Source: Candidatus Nomurabacteria bacterium
Lineage (GTDB): Bacteria > Patescibacteriota > Minisyncoccia > Phycocordibacterales > UBA918
Direction: 5' to 3'
DNA length: 64,000 nt
NCBI GenBank assembly: GCA_020632155.1
Contig: JACKGE010000002.1
Span: 91,685-155,684 of the forward strand
Shown: one piece after another, positions 20,112-28,579 of the stretch
How positions within the stretch are numbered: position 1 is the stretch's first letter
How the letters are laid out: every line of letters begins with the position of its first letter
Position numbers and translations under genes: made by a program
The notes under the pieces: model-generated
What the model was told of the DNA's origin: nothing
Databases searched by the model: none
Seen by the model: the letters and a program-made list of their open reading frames with translations, nothing else

Positions 20112-20642
20112 CTATTTTATTTCGAGTAGTTCAATGGCAAACACAAGTGTAGCGCCCCCTGGGATTGGTCCGTAGCCTTTTTCACCATAGCCAAACTGTG
20201 CTGGTATGACCAGAATACGCTGACCGCCTCGCTTCATACCAACAACACCTTGTTCCCAGCCAGCAATGACCTTGCCTGCACCAACGGTAAACGTGAACGG
20301 TGTACCACGAGTGTAGCTGTTATCAAACTGTTGTCCATTTTGGAGCGTGCCGATGTAGTTTACGGTGATAGCATCACCTTCAGCAACAGCTCGTCCTTCA
20401 CCAATAATTACGTCATCAATAACTACTTTTTGTAAGCTTCCACCATCAGTACTGGCATCAAGGAGCGCGCTGCGCACCGCAGATTGACCACTATCTCCGG
20501 CAGCCACAAGAGAGGCCTGCTGCTCGGCCGACTCAGCGCTGGTGAGCGGACTAGTAGCCGTTTCAACACGAAACAAAAAAAGAGCCGCGGCCATGGCCAT
20601 AATACTGATACCGATTCCCACTGCTTCAAACTTATTTATCAT
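20112..20642 (-). CDS. FKBP-type peptidyl-prolyl cis-trans isomerase, membrane-anchored
   Basis: An N-terminal TM helix is followed by an FKBP domain (GDAITVNYIGTLQNGQQFDNSYTRGTPFTFTVGAGKVIAGWEQGVVGMKRGGQRILVIPAQFGYG). Confidence 0.85.
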   Translation of the reverse strand: MINKFEAVGIGISIMAMAAALFLFRVETATSPLTSAESAEQQASLVAAGDSGQSAVRSALLDASTDGGSLQKVVIDDVIIGEGRAVAEGDAITVNYIGTLQNGQQFDNSYTRGTPFTFTVGAGKVIAGWEQGVVGMKRGGQRILVIPAQFGYGEKGYGPIPGGATLVFAIELLEIK

Positions 20643-20674
20643 ACTGATTCTATTTTCTTAGTAGCCTCGACATA

Positions 20675-21787
20675 CTAGTCTATCTGTGGTGAAATTGCAA
20701 GAACTGCTGGATCAAAGTACGTTGCTACCTCTGGACTACTGGTACGCAAAATACGGGCAATGAGATCGTCTTTTTGTTGCCCCTCCATCTCTCTTGGTGT
20801 CGCTGGGGTCCCGACAGAAGTGATTGGTGTCAGAGTGAACTGTAATTTTGTGTCAACAACACTCACTGTAAGCATTAGGCCTTCTTGTACATCCTGTGAA
20901 AAATACTGGTCAAACACAAAGTTACCAAGTGAATAAAAAATTGGCACGCTGTTGTACACTTCTACATCTTGAACAACATGCGGATGATTACCGATGACCG
21001 CATCGGCTCCCACTTCAATTAAAGCGTGGGCCAATTCTTCTTGCTGCTTTGCGTGTTTGAGCTGATATTCGTTTCCCCAGTGTACATACACTAGTTGCTG
21101 ATCTGTTTGCTTTTCTAACGTCGCTACGAGGTCTGTTACAGCCTCTACGTCTAGTTGCTTAGTTACAAAATTAATACCGACAATCGCTACTGCTTGTTTG
21201 TCTAGCAAAATGGTAGCAACGCTGATATCAGGACTGGTGATTGCTTCATGACCAAAAACTGTTATGCCGGACGAGACTAAGCTGCTTTTGGTGTGGACAT
21301 AACCACTTTCACCAAAGTCTAACGAATGGTTGTTGGCTAATGACATGTGCGTAAAGCCGGCCGGCTTTAGCCTCGCGGCAAGATCAGAGTCAACTGAAAA
21401 AACAAAGGTGTTGTCTTTGGTTGGTGTATGGTGCTCTGGAATAGCCGCCTCAAAGTTACCTATGACGTATGAGGCGTCTTTGAATAATTCAGGCGTGTGT
21501 ACAAATGGATCGACAGTATTGTACAGCACCTTGCGTTCAACATCGCGAGCTAACATAACGTCACCAACAAAGACCATGCTGGCCGCCTCATGTGAGCGCA
21601 CTATAAGCGTCCCAAAGAAAAGTTCCCGCGCTGTAGACCACGACAAAAAAGCACTGTCCTGAAGCATATATCCACTAGTGACAAACGAAAAGCAAAGCGC
21701 AAACGCGACACACGCAAATAAAAGGACATGTGAACTTCGAGACATGACCCTGCTTTTGTAGCACACTATGAAAAAGTATGCGACCAA
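20675..21787 (-). CDS. CapA/PgsA-family metallophosphatase-fold protein (poly-gamma-glutamate capsule synthesis-like)
   Basis: FVGDVMLARDV, ANNHSLDFG and GNHPHVVQ blocks, plus an N-terminal signal/TM. Confidence 0.7.
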   Translation of the reverse strand: MVAYFFIVCYKSRVMSRSSHVLLFACVAFALCFSFVTSGYMLQDSAFLSWSTARELFFGTLIVRSHEAASMVFVGDVMLARDVERKVLYNTVDPFVHTPELFKDASYVIGNFEAAIPEHHTPTKDNTFVFSVDSDLAARLKPAGFTHMSLANNHSLDFGESGYVHTKSSLVSSGITVFGHEAITSPDISVATILLDKQAVAIVGINFVTKQLDVEAVTDLVATLEKQTDQQLVYVHWGNEYQLKHAKQQEELAHALIEVGADAVIGNHPHVVQDVEVYNSVPIFYSLGNFVFDQYFSQDVQEGLMLTVSVVDTKLQFTLTPITSVGTPATPREMEGQQKDDLIARILRTSSPEVATYFDPAVLAISPQID

Positions 21788-22192
21788 TTAAAGTGCTGTG
21801 AGTGTCAGATCATAATGCATGACCAGTGCTGTCAACATGGCCAAGGAAACTGCAATAGACGCTACGACAATACTAAAAAGCTGGGGCATGGAGACCTGTC
21901 GTTTGCTTTGTCTAATCGACTCAATATCAGCTGATGACATGTCTACATTAATCCCCAAAAGAGCGCTGATAGTCTCTGGTTTGAGACGGTCATCGGTATT
22001 AAAGACCCGATGGAGCGTGTCTACACGGCTCTTGTGAGTGTGTGTATTCTCACGCAGTACCATGAGTGCCATCTCAGTATCATCTTTGTGCCAATTTGCT
22101 GACACGAGGACTGAACGTATTTCTTCGTCAGAAGCTGTCGGTTCAAGGCCATTGATGCGCAGTACACGCTCTATTTGATCCTTAGTTATCAT
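21788..22192 (-). CDS. hypothetical protein with C-terminal TM helix
   Basis: 134 aa with no recognised motif. The start overlaps the upstream gene's stop, and the gene is directly adjacent to CapA. Confidence 0.45.
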   Translation of the reverse strand: MITKDQIERVLRINGLEPTASDEEIRSVLVSANWHKDDTEMALMVLRENTHTHKSRVDTLHRVFNTDDRLKPETISALLGINVDMSSADIESIRQSKRQVSMPQLFSIVVASIAVSLAMLTALVMHYDLTLTAL

Positions 22193-23216
22193 GGTTAGTT
22201 GATACTAAGTGTTGCGTGTAAAGCTCTAACAATACAAGTAGCAAACTTACCAGAACCGGTCCAACAATAAATCCGATTGGTCCAAAGAACGATACACCGC
22301 CAAGGACTGCAAGTAAGATTAAAAACGGGTGAATGGCATTGCCTCGACTCATGAGATACGGACCGAGCAGGTTATCAATGAGGCCGACAGCCAACACTGC
22401 CCAGACGGTCAGTCCAACTGCGCCCACATAGTCGGCACTGAAGACTAGATACAGTATTGATGGAACTAAGACGATCGTGGTACCGACACTTGGCACCAAA
22501 GCGCCAAACGCAGCTATCACACCGAGCAAAACAGCGCGATCAAAACCAAACAAAGACAAACCGATGCCAGTGAGCGTGCCCTGAATAAGGGCTACTAGTA
22601 TAGTTCCAGTCGCTACTGAGCGCACCGAAACAGCTAGTCGGCTTAAAATGAGCTCGTCACGGTCATCAGGCAGTGGGCTGATGCGCACCAGTGTTTTAGT
22701 AAACGTTTTGCCGTCTCGGAAAAAGTAAAACGAACCGACCATCGAAATAAAAAACAAGAAAATCGTCGAGGCAGTGCCAGCAAATACCGCTCCCAGATTG
22801 GAAGCTAGCCACTCAGCTCCCTGTCTCATGTACTCGGTGATGTTTAGTTCAAGGCCTGGAATATAGCGCTGCGCGGTATGTTCAATGTTTGTGAGTGACT
22901 CTGCAAACGTATACTGCGAACTGTCCAGCAGCTTATAAATAGAGACTGCTTCATTCACCAATAACGAGCTAATGGTCAAGATCGGTAAGATGACCACCAA
23001 CACAACGGTTCCGGTAGCTAAAAGAGCGGCCACTGTTTCGTTATTTCGCGGCACTTTAGCCTTAATGCGGTCATAGAGTGGATAGCAAATGGTAACGATA
23101 ATGGCTGAGAGTGCCAAAGCAGAAATGAATGGCAAGAACATGCGCCACACCAAATACGCTACCAAGGCCATAAAGCCAAAGAAAAAAGTGTTTTCAACTA
23201 CACGATCGAGTTGCAT
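22182..23216 (-). CDS. AI-2E family transporter (PerM/UPF0118-like)
   Basis: 344-aa polytopic membrane protein; its length, topology and conserved central region are consistent with AI-2E family members. Confidence 0.6.
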   Translation of the reverse strand: MQLDRVVENTFFFGFMALVAYLVWRMFLPFISALALSAIIVTICYPLYDRIKAKVPRNNETVAALLATGTVVLVVILPILTISSLLVNEAVSIYKLLDSSQYTFAESLTNIEHTAQRYIPGLELNITEYMRQGAEWLASNLGAVFAGTASTIFLFFISMVGSFYFFRDGKTFTKTLVRISPLPDDRDELILSRLAVSVRSVATGTILVALIQGTLTGIGLSLFGFDRAVLLGVIAAFGALVPSVGTTIVLVPSILYLVFSADYVGAVGLTVWAVLAVGLIDNLLGPYLMSRGNAIHPFLILLAVLGGVSFFGPIGFIVGPVLVSLLLVLLELYTQHLVSTNHDN

Positions 23217-23242
23217 GCCAGTATTGTAACATCAAAAACACA

Positions 23243-23275
23243 AAAGCCAGGCATGAAGCCCGGCTTTGTTCTATT
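23243..23275 (-). terminator. rho-independent terminator of the glutamate dehydrogenase gene
   Basis: Hairpin AAGCC(A)GGC-atga-AGCCCGGCTT; on the minus strand it is followed by TTTTGTGTTTTTGATG. Confidence 0.55.
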
Positions 23276-23554
23276 TTAGTTCTTTTATTTGTTGTTGCGA
23301 CACTTGTGCTGCCAGCTCAATGGTCTTCAAAGACTCAGTGGCGGCGCGATCAAGGGCAGCAATACTTGAACTAAAATAGAAACTGATCCCCCATAACATG
23401 ATGAGAAATCCAATGGCGCGGAACATACATTTTGCGTTGCTTCACCTAACTACTGCGGACAAACAGTAGCGGACCTAAACGGACCAGTGACGCAAAAAGC
23501 AGTTCCGCGAAGAACTGCTTTCTACATATTACAACATATTTAAAATATGTAAAG

Positions 23555-24832
23555 TTACATAAATGTACCGCGATATCGCATAGCAGCAGTGATGCGCTCA
23601 ACCCCTATTTGGTAGGCTGCCTCACGCAGACTGATATCTTTTTCCAGTGCTTTTTGATGTACGGCGGCAAAAGCGGTTTCCATCTTCTCTTGCAGGCGCA
23701 TGGCCACTTCCTCCTTCGTCCAGTACAGTTGCTGACGATTTTGCACCCACTCAAAATATGACACCGTGACCCCCCCAGCGTTAGCAAGTACATCTGGAAT
23801 GACCGTAACACCCTGTTCAAACAGCTGTTTGTCAGCCTCTGGTGTGGTTGGGTTGTTAGCCAACTCAAGGATTACGCCTGCCTGCAACTTTTGAATTGTC
23901 TCTGGTGTGAGAACGTTATCAAGTGCCGCCGGAACAAAGATGTCAGCTTCAACTGAAAATATATCGTCCGGAGACAGGGCCACCGCTCCATCTTTCTGCA
24001 TTTGCTCGGTATCACAGACACCAGCGGTGCAGTAGAGTGACGAGACACTGCCCTTGTCAGTTTTTACAGCATCAATGATATGCGGATCCAAGCCGCCTTT
24101 GGCGTACAGCGTACCTTGACTGTCAGACACAGCCACAATGATAAAACCGGCGTCATAGAGAAGCTTAGCGAGCGTCGCACCGGCATTACCAAATCCCTGT
24201 ATGGCCACTCTCTGGCGCTCATGGTGCTTCTGTTTGAGAGCAAGTAACTGCAATAGTACGTGTACTCCACCTTGCGCAGTTGCAGAGTCGCGCCCGTAAG
24301 AACCACCAAGCGCAAGTGGTTTACCAGTGATCATTCCTGGCTCTTTATGTCCGACCAAGCTTTCATACTCATCGAGCATCCAGCTCATGATGGTCGCGTT
24401 GGTGTAGACATCTGGTGCGGGAATGTCTTTATCCACGCCAAGGTGAGGGACAAACTCTTTGACATATGCGCGAGCAATGACCTCAAGGTCTTTGGCGCTA
24501 TACTGTTTTGGATCGATGACCACTCCCCCTTTGGCACCACCAAGCGGCACATCTATAACAGCACACTTTATGGCCATGGCAGCAGCCAACGCTTGGACCT
24601 CATGAAGGTCAGCCGCTGGATGAAAACGGATACCACCTTTATACGGACCCCGCGCATTATTGAACTGGACCCTAAACGCCTCAAAATTTTGCGGTCCGTT
24701 TTCAAGTACAACTGACAAGCTAGCACGGTGTGTTTCATTGGCAGAAAGGAGCGCCGCCTGCTCAGCCTCAGAAAGACTGAGCGACTTGGCGGCGCTAGTA
24801 ATATGCTGACGTATTTGCTCAAACGGATTCAT
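23555..24832 (-). CDS. gdh: NAD(P)-dependent glutamate dehydrogenase (Glu/Leu/Phe/Val dehydrogenase family)
   Basis: Catalytic block KGGIRFHPAADLHEVQALAAAMAIKCAVIDVPLGGAKGGV and a Rossmann GFGNAG. Confidence 0.9.
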   Translation of the reverse strand: MNPFEQIRQHITSAAKSLSLSEAEQAALLSANETHRASLSVVLENGPQNFEAFRVQFNNARGPYKGGIRFHPAADLHEVQALAAAMAIKCAVIDVPLGGAKGGVVIDPKQYSAKDLEVIARAYVKEFVPHLGVDKDIPAPDVYTNATIMSWMLDEYESLVGHKEPGMITGKPLALGGSYGRDSATAQGGVHVLLQLLALKQKHHERQRVAIQGFGNAGATLAKLLYDAGFIIVAVSDSQGTLYAKGGLDPHIIDAVKTDKGSVSSLYCTAGVCDTEQMQKDGAVALSPDDIFSVEADIFVPAALDNVLTPETIQKLQAGVILELANNPTTPEADKQLFEQGVTVIPDVLANAGGVTVSYFEWVQNRQQLYWTKEEVAMRLQEKMETAFAAVHQKALEKDISLREAAYQIGVERITAAMRYRGTFM

Positions 24833-24849
24833 AGTGGTTTCTTTAGCTG

Positions 24850-25410
24850 TTAATTACTACGTGCGGCCTCGATCGTATCTTTCAGCTCAGTTGGGTCAAC
24901 CACACCACGTACCTGGAGGAGTTTTGAGCCATCTTTGGCAAAAACCACGGTTTCTGGCATGGCATACGCTTCAATATCTTTATACATTCCATCCGTCGTA
25001 TCAATGACCACAGTAAGGTGCGGCAAACCACCTAGAGAAGCTACAAATGCCCGAGCAACATCTTCCGGTTCATCTCTGTTGACAGCAACAAACCGTACAG
25101 TGCTTGTTCCCATGGCTGCAGCCATCTGATCCAGTGAAATAAGCTCCTCGCGCGAATGTGGAGACCAAGACGCCCAGAGGTTTATTACTTCAATACGAGG
25201 AGTAGTGGGGTCAAGAGAAACAGGCTTTCCTGACAGGTCCACAAACTGACTATCGGCATACACTCCTTGGGCGGCTTTACGAGCATCAGGTGTATACGCT
25301 GTTTGCTGACGATGTGTTAGATAATACTGCACCGAAAGCGCCGCTAACAAAAGCACGCAGCCAAGTAGTGCAAGGGTAACAAAAGCTGTACGTTGCTGAC
25401 TCATTGGCAT
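24850..25410 (-). CDS. membrane-anchored thioredoxin-fold protein (TlpA/ResA-like) with active site SxxS instead of CxxC
   Basis: VINLWASWSPHSREEL aligns to the W-A-[ST]-W-C-x-P-C-R motif; the codons are tct and tcg, so both are serine. An N-terminal TM is present, and a redoxin-like C-terminal region follows. Confidence 0.65.
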   Translation of the reverse strand: MPMSQQRTAFVTLALLGCVLLLAALSVQYYLTHRQQTAYTPDARKAAQGVYADSQFVDLSGKPVSLDPTTPRIEVINLWASWSPHSREELISLDQMAAAMGTSTVRFVAVNRDEPEDVARAFVASLGGLPHLTVVIDTTDGMYKDIEAYAMPETVVFAKDGSKLLQVRGVVDPTELKDTIEAARSN

Positions 25411-25922
25411 TACCCTTTGATAAAGAGCTCAAAATCTTCCGGAGTTTCACCCGGTAGTGCCTCAATCAGATTGAGCTCTACTTCCCTCCCTTGAAACATC
25501 GCTTTAAAACTTGCTTCCGGTGAGGCCGCTACGCTGATCTTATAACGCTGTGCCGTTTGCATTTGTGCGCATGTTTCGGAATGGTTAATGACAGAAAACA
25601 CGAACGTAACTTGCTCTGGATAGGACTCCGCCACCGTTGCATTAGTGTCCAAAAGATCACATGGCGTTGGAAAAACGATCTCCCCAACTACTGTGTGAAT
25701 GCCGTTGTTAAAGAAATGTTTACCTTCAATGCGAGTGATCTCCGGATATGAGTGAATGGTCTCACTTAAAGTGGAGTCAACTGGCGCTGACTCTTGGACG
25801 TGTACTTCGCTTTTTTTAAGCCACGCAAACATAAACATACCGATCACGACGAGAACAAAGAGTACAACTGCGAGTGTGATAGCACGTTGGTTCATAGACA
25901 TTATTCTAACTACTATTACCAT
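25410..25922 (-). CDS. hypothetical membrane-anchored protein
   Basis: 170 aa with an N-terminal TM and no motif. Its stop overlaps the downstream gene's start. Confidence 0.45.
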   Translation of the reverse strand: MVIVVRIMSMNQRAITLAVVLFVLVVIGMFMFAWLKKSEVHVQESAPVDSTLSETIHSYPEITRIEGKHFFNNGIHTVVGEIVFPTPCDLLDTNATVAESYPEQVTFVFSVINHSETCAQMQTAQRYKISVAASPEASFKAMFQGREVELNLIEALPGETPEDFELFIKG

Positions 25923-25952
25923 CAGTATACCACTGTTTCTGGTCCACAGCAG

Positions 25953-27602
25953 TTAGTTTGAAAGCTGATCGCGTCCGAGATAGATAACGATAGCAGGATT
26001 GGATTCAGTAGTGGTCTCGGTAGTGGCCGACGGGAGTGCTCCTCCAAGTACGCTACTAAGAGCAAGTGCGCTGTCAGTAAGCGCAGGGTCATAAACGATC
26101 ACGGAGCGCTTATCAATTCGACCAGCTTCAGTTGAAAGTGTTTGCACCGCATATCCTTTTGAAGCTAAACGGACTGCTGTCTCTGCCGCAACGCCGCTTT
26201 GGCCACTGGTGTTAACCAGCGTTATGGTAAATGGTTGGGTGGTTGACGCTGATAGGGTATTACTCTCACCGATTTTTTCACTTAAAATAATCTCTTCGGA
26301 GCTAAGATTTATTACCTGTGATGGATTTTCGATTGCCACTTCAAAACTGCGCGAATCAACAGTGACCGTTTTGATGTAGAAAAAGAGTCCGACAGCGATA
26401 GTGACAAGTACGGTAAACGCAATGAAGAAGCGGTTGTACGTTTTGATAAAACTAGACAAAGCGTGTGCTACATCAACTACACCGTCGACCTTATGAAACT
26501 GGGTGCGGAGATCCAAGAAACCGGTTCGAATCGGTGAGCTGATGGTTTGGTATGAACTGAGATTCACATCACCACGTGACACGTTTCGAGTTCTATCAGC
26601 GGTTGCTAAGCGCGAGTACGTCCCCGGAGCGACACCTGCCAGTGCTAACATCCGACGCACATATGAACGGATCGCCCAAACTATGAACATGACAATGAGC
26701 CCAACTATGAGTAGGGTCAACAGTAACGGCTTCAGGGGCACAACCCAAAATGTGACCTCACTGTCACTAAACTGACGCACGTCGTTACCGTACGCAAGCG
26801 CAACCTTGGCCGTGTATCTACCGATATCCGTAACTGAAAACTCACCTTGCCACGAGAATTGGAAGTTACGAATACTGTCTGGCAGAACGTTACCAAAGTG
26901 GGTCTGCAGATTAATAGGAATCACACCTCGCTCTTTGCCCCACATATTGTAAATAGTTATCTGTCCTTGTGGTTGAATATGTACATTGCCGCGATTTTCA
27001 AACCGAAGATCAAACTCAGCTTCAGGGCGTGTTGCAAAACGATTTGCAACCGAGAATGATCGTATTCTTCCGTCTTCGACCACATCTCCTTCTATCCGCA
27101 AAAAGAACAGTGATGTAACGATCTGGGACGTCCGTATCTCCAGTCGGTCGCTGCTTTCAGGTGGTTTGGTTCCCACAAGCACAGCCGCGAAGTGGCCGCC
27201 AGGGGCAGCGTCTTCGGGTACATCAATGGTAAACGGGATGGTCAGACTTTGTTCCGGTTCGATAGTGTAAGGTGTTTCAGGGTCCAGTTGTATCCACTCC
27301 GCAAGCGTACTGCCTTCGGTCACGTCCGAAAGAATGGGAACAAACTTTCCTTGCCCGCTTTCGCCACGTGGTGCAAAGTTGACCGGCCGCGCATAGACAG
27401 TAAGTGGAAACGTATTGGTGTTGATCACCTTGATGTTACTTTGCCACATCTGACCTTTGGTGGCAGACATCTCAAAAAGTGTCGGTGTGACCGACAATGA
27501 AAGCGACTCTTGCGCTACGGCACCTATTGGTACAAATGTGGCCAGTATAAAAGCCACTAATACATATAGTCTAACGCTTCTGTGTAAGGTCGATATCATG
27601 AT
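25953..27602 (-). CDS. DUF916/DUF3324-like surface domain + TM + LytR_C-like C-terminal domain
   Basis: Signal/TM, then a ~300-aa beta-rich region, then TM (PLLLTLLIVGLIVMFIVWAI), then a second TM. The C-terminus resembles LytR_C (TLVNTSGQSGVAAETAVRLASKGYAVQTLSTEAGRIDKRSVIVYDPALTDSALALSSVLGGALP). The start is set at the internal Met (MISTLHRS...) to avoid a 140-nt overlap with the upstream gene. Confidence 0.55.
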   Translation of the reverse strand: MMISTLHRSVRLYVLVAFILATFVPIGAVAQESLSLSVTPTLFEMSATKGQMWQSNIKVINTNTFPLTVYARPVNFAPRGESGQGKFVPILSDVTEGSTLAEWIQLDPETPYTIEPEQSLTIPFTIDVPEDAAPGGHFAAVLVGTKPPESSDRLEIRTSQIVTSLFFLRIEGDVVEDGRIRSFSVANRFATRPEAEFDLRFENRGNVHIQPQGQITIYNMWGKERGVIPINLQTHFGNVLPDSIRNFQFSWQGEFSVTDIGRYTAKVALAYGNDVRQFSDSEVTFWVVPLKPLLLTLLIVGLIVMFIVWAIRSYVRRMLALAGVAPGTYSRLATADRTRNVSRGDVNLSSYQTISSPIRTGFLDLRTQFHKVDGVVDVAHALSSFIKTYNRFFIAFTVLVTIAVGLFFYIKTVTVDSRSFEVAIENPSQVINLSSEEIILSEKIGESNTLSASTTQPFTITLVNTSGQSGVAAETAVRLASKGYAVQTLSTEAGRIDKRSVIVYDPALTDSALALSSVLGGALPSATTETTTESNPAIVIYLGRDQLSN

Positions 27603-28575
27603 CTTTAACGGCTGACGTGCCCTCTTTAATAAAGAGAGGGAGCTCATGGTGATCTTCTTCAATAGCGCCATGATACTGGTGCAGTTTGCGGTACCATAGC
27701 GTGGCCGCAAGGAGTGCCACCACGAGCAAAAACAAGAACAGTAACAACAATTTGACCCATGGTATCACGTAAAAGTAGGCTGTGTCATAGACAGAGGCAA
27801 TATCCTCTGTTCCATAATCAATCGTTAAAAAGGCTTTATATCGCCCTAATAGGCCAGCGGTTGGTACACTGACAGTAAAGCTGCTCTCCTGCCCAGGAGT
27901 AAGTACGCTGTGGTCAGCATTGACCGGTAGCGTAGTGACTTCCACTCCTTTGCTATCTGAAATAATGATCTCGCCAGTGGGAGCAATCTCCGCTTCACCT
28001 GGATTGGTAAGGGTGTAGGTTATTGCTTCGTTTTGCTCGTCAAAAACGAACCGTTTTACAATAAAATTGTCCAGTTTTAAAAACTCCTTTTTGTTTTGCG
28101 CTACCGCTAAGGTTACGATCACACCGGGTGCAATTCCCTTTTCCACCTGCTCAGCTGCAATGGTGCTGTTGCGACCGGTTCCAAATCCAATAAACACATA
28201 GTACACACCCGGCACGGCGTGGGGATGGATGTGGATCGTAAGTGGTATCTCGATCGTCTCGCCAGGCATCAGCTCCTGACCACCACGCGCTATTTCGATC
28301 CAACTTGAAGGAGTGACAGTATTGTCTGACGCAGCTGGAGCGGTGAAATCAATGATATCTCCGCCTTCATCGACTGCCACAACGTTGACTGTCGGATACA
28401 CGGTTAGTTTATAGTGGTTGAAGTTTTCAACTGTAATAGTACGAGAAATAATGTCCCGTGGTTCAACCGCAAGGTCAATGACGCGCGGTGTCACTTTATG
28501 ATTGATGGCCTGCGCTGAAGTGCCTAGCGGAACAATACAAACGAACCACAACAAACTATAAAAAAGATACTTCAT
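27571..28575 (-). CDS. cell-surface protein, DUF916/DUF3324-like architecture (signal peptide, two beta domains, C-terminal TM + basic tail)
   Basis: 334 aa. The signal peptide is MKYLFYSLLWFVCIVPLGTSAQA, and the C-terminal anchor is LLLLFLFLLVVALLAATLWYRKLHQYH followed by charged residues. It is a paralogue-like match of the 324-aa protein (43850-44824) and of the N-terminus of the 585-aa protein (25953-27602). Confidence 0.55.
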   Translation of the reverse strand: MKYLFYSLLWFVCIVPLGTSAQAINHKVTPRVIDLAVEPRDIISRTITVENFNHYKLTVYPTVNVVAVDEGGDIIDFTAPAASDNTVTPSSWIEIARGGQELMPGETIEIPLTIHIHPHAVPGVYYVFIGFGTGRNSTIAAEQVEKGIAPGVIVTLAVAQNKKEFLKLDNFIVKRFVFDEQNEAITYTLTNPGEAEIAPTGEIIISDSKGVEVTTLPVNADHSVLTPGQESSFTVSVPTAGLLGRYKAFLTIDYGTEDIASVYDTAYFYVIPWVKLLLLFLFLLVVALLAATLWYRKLHQYHGAIEEDHHELPLFIKEGTSAVKDHDIDLTQKR

Positions 28576-28579
28576 ACAA

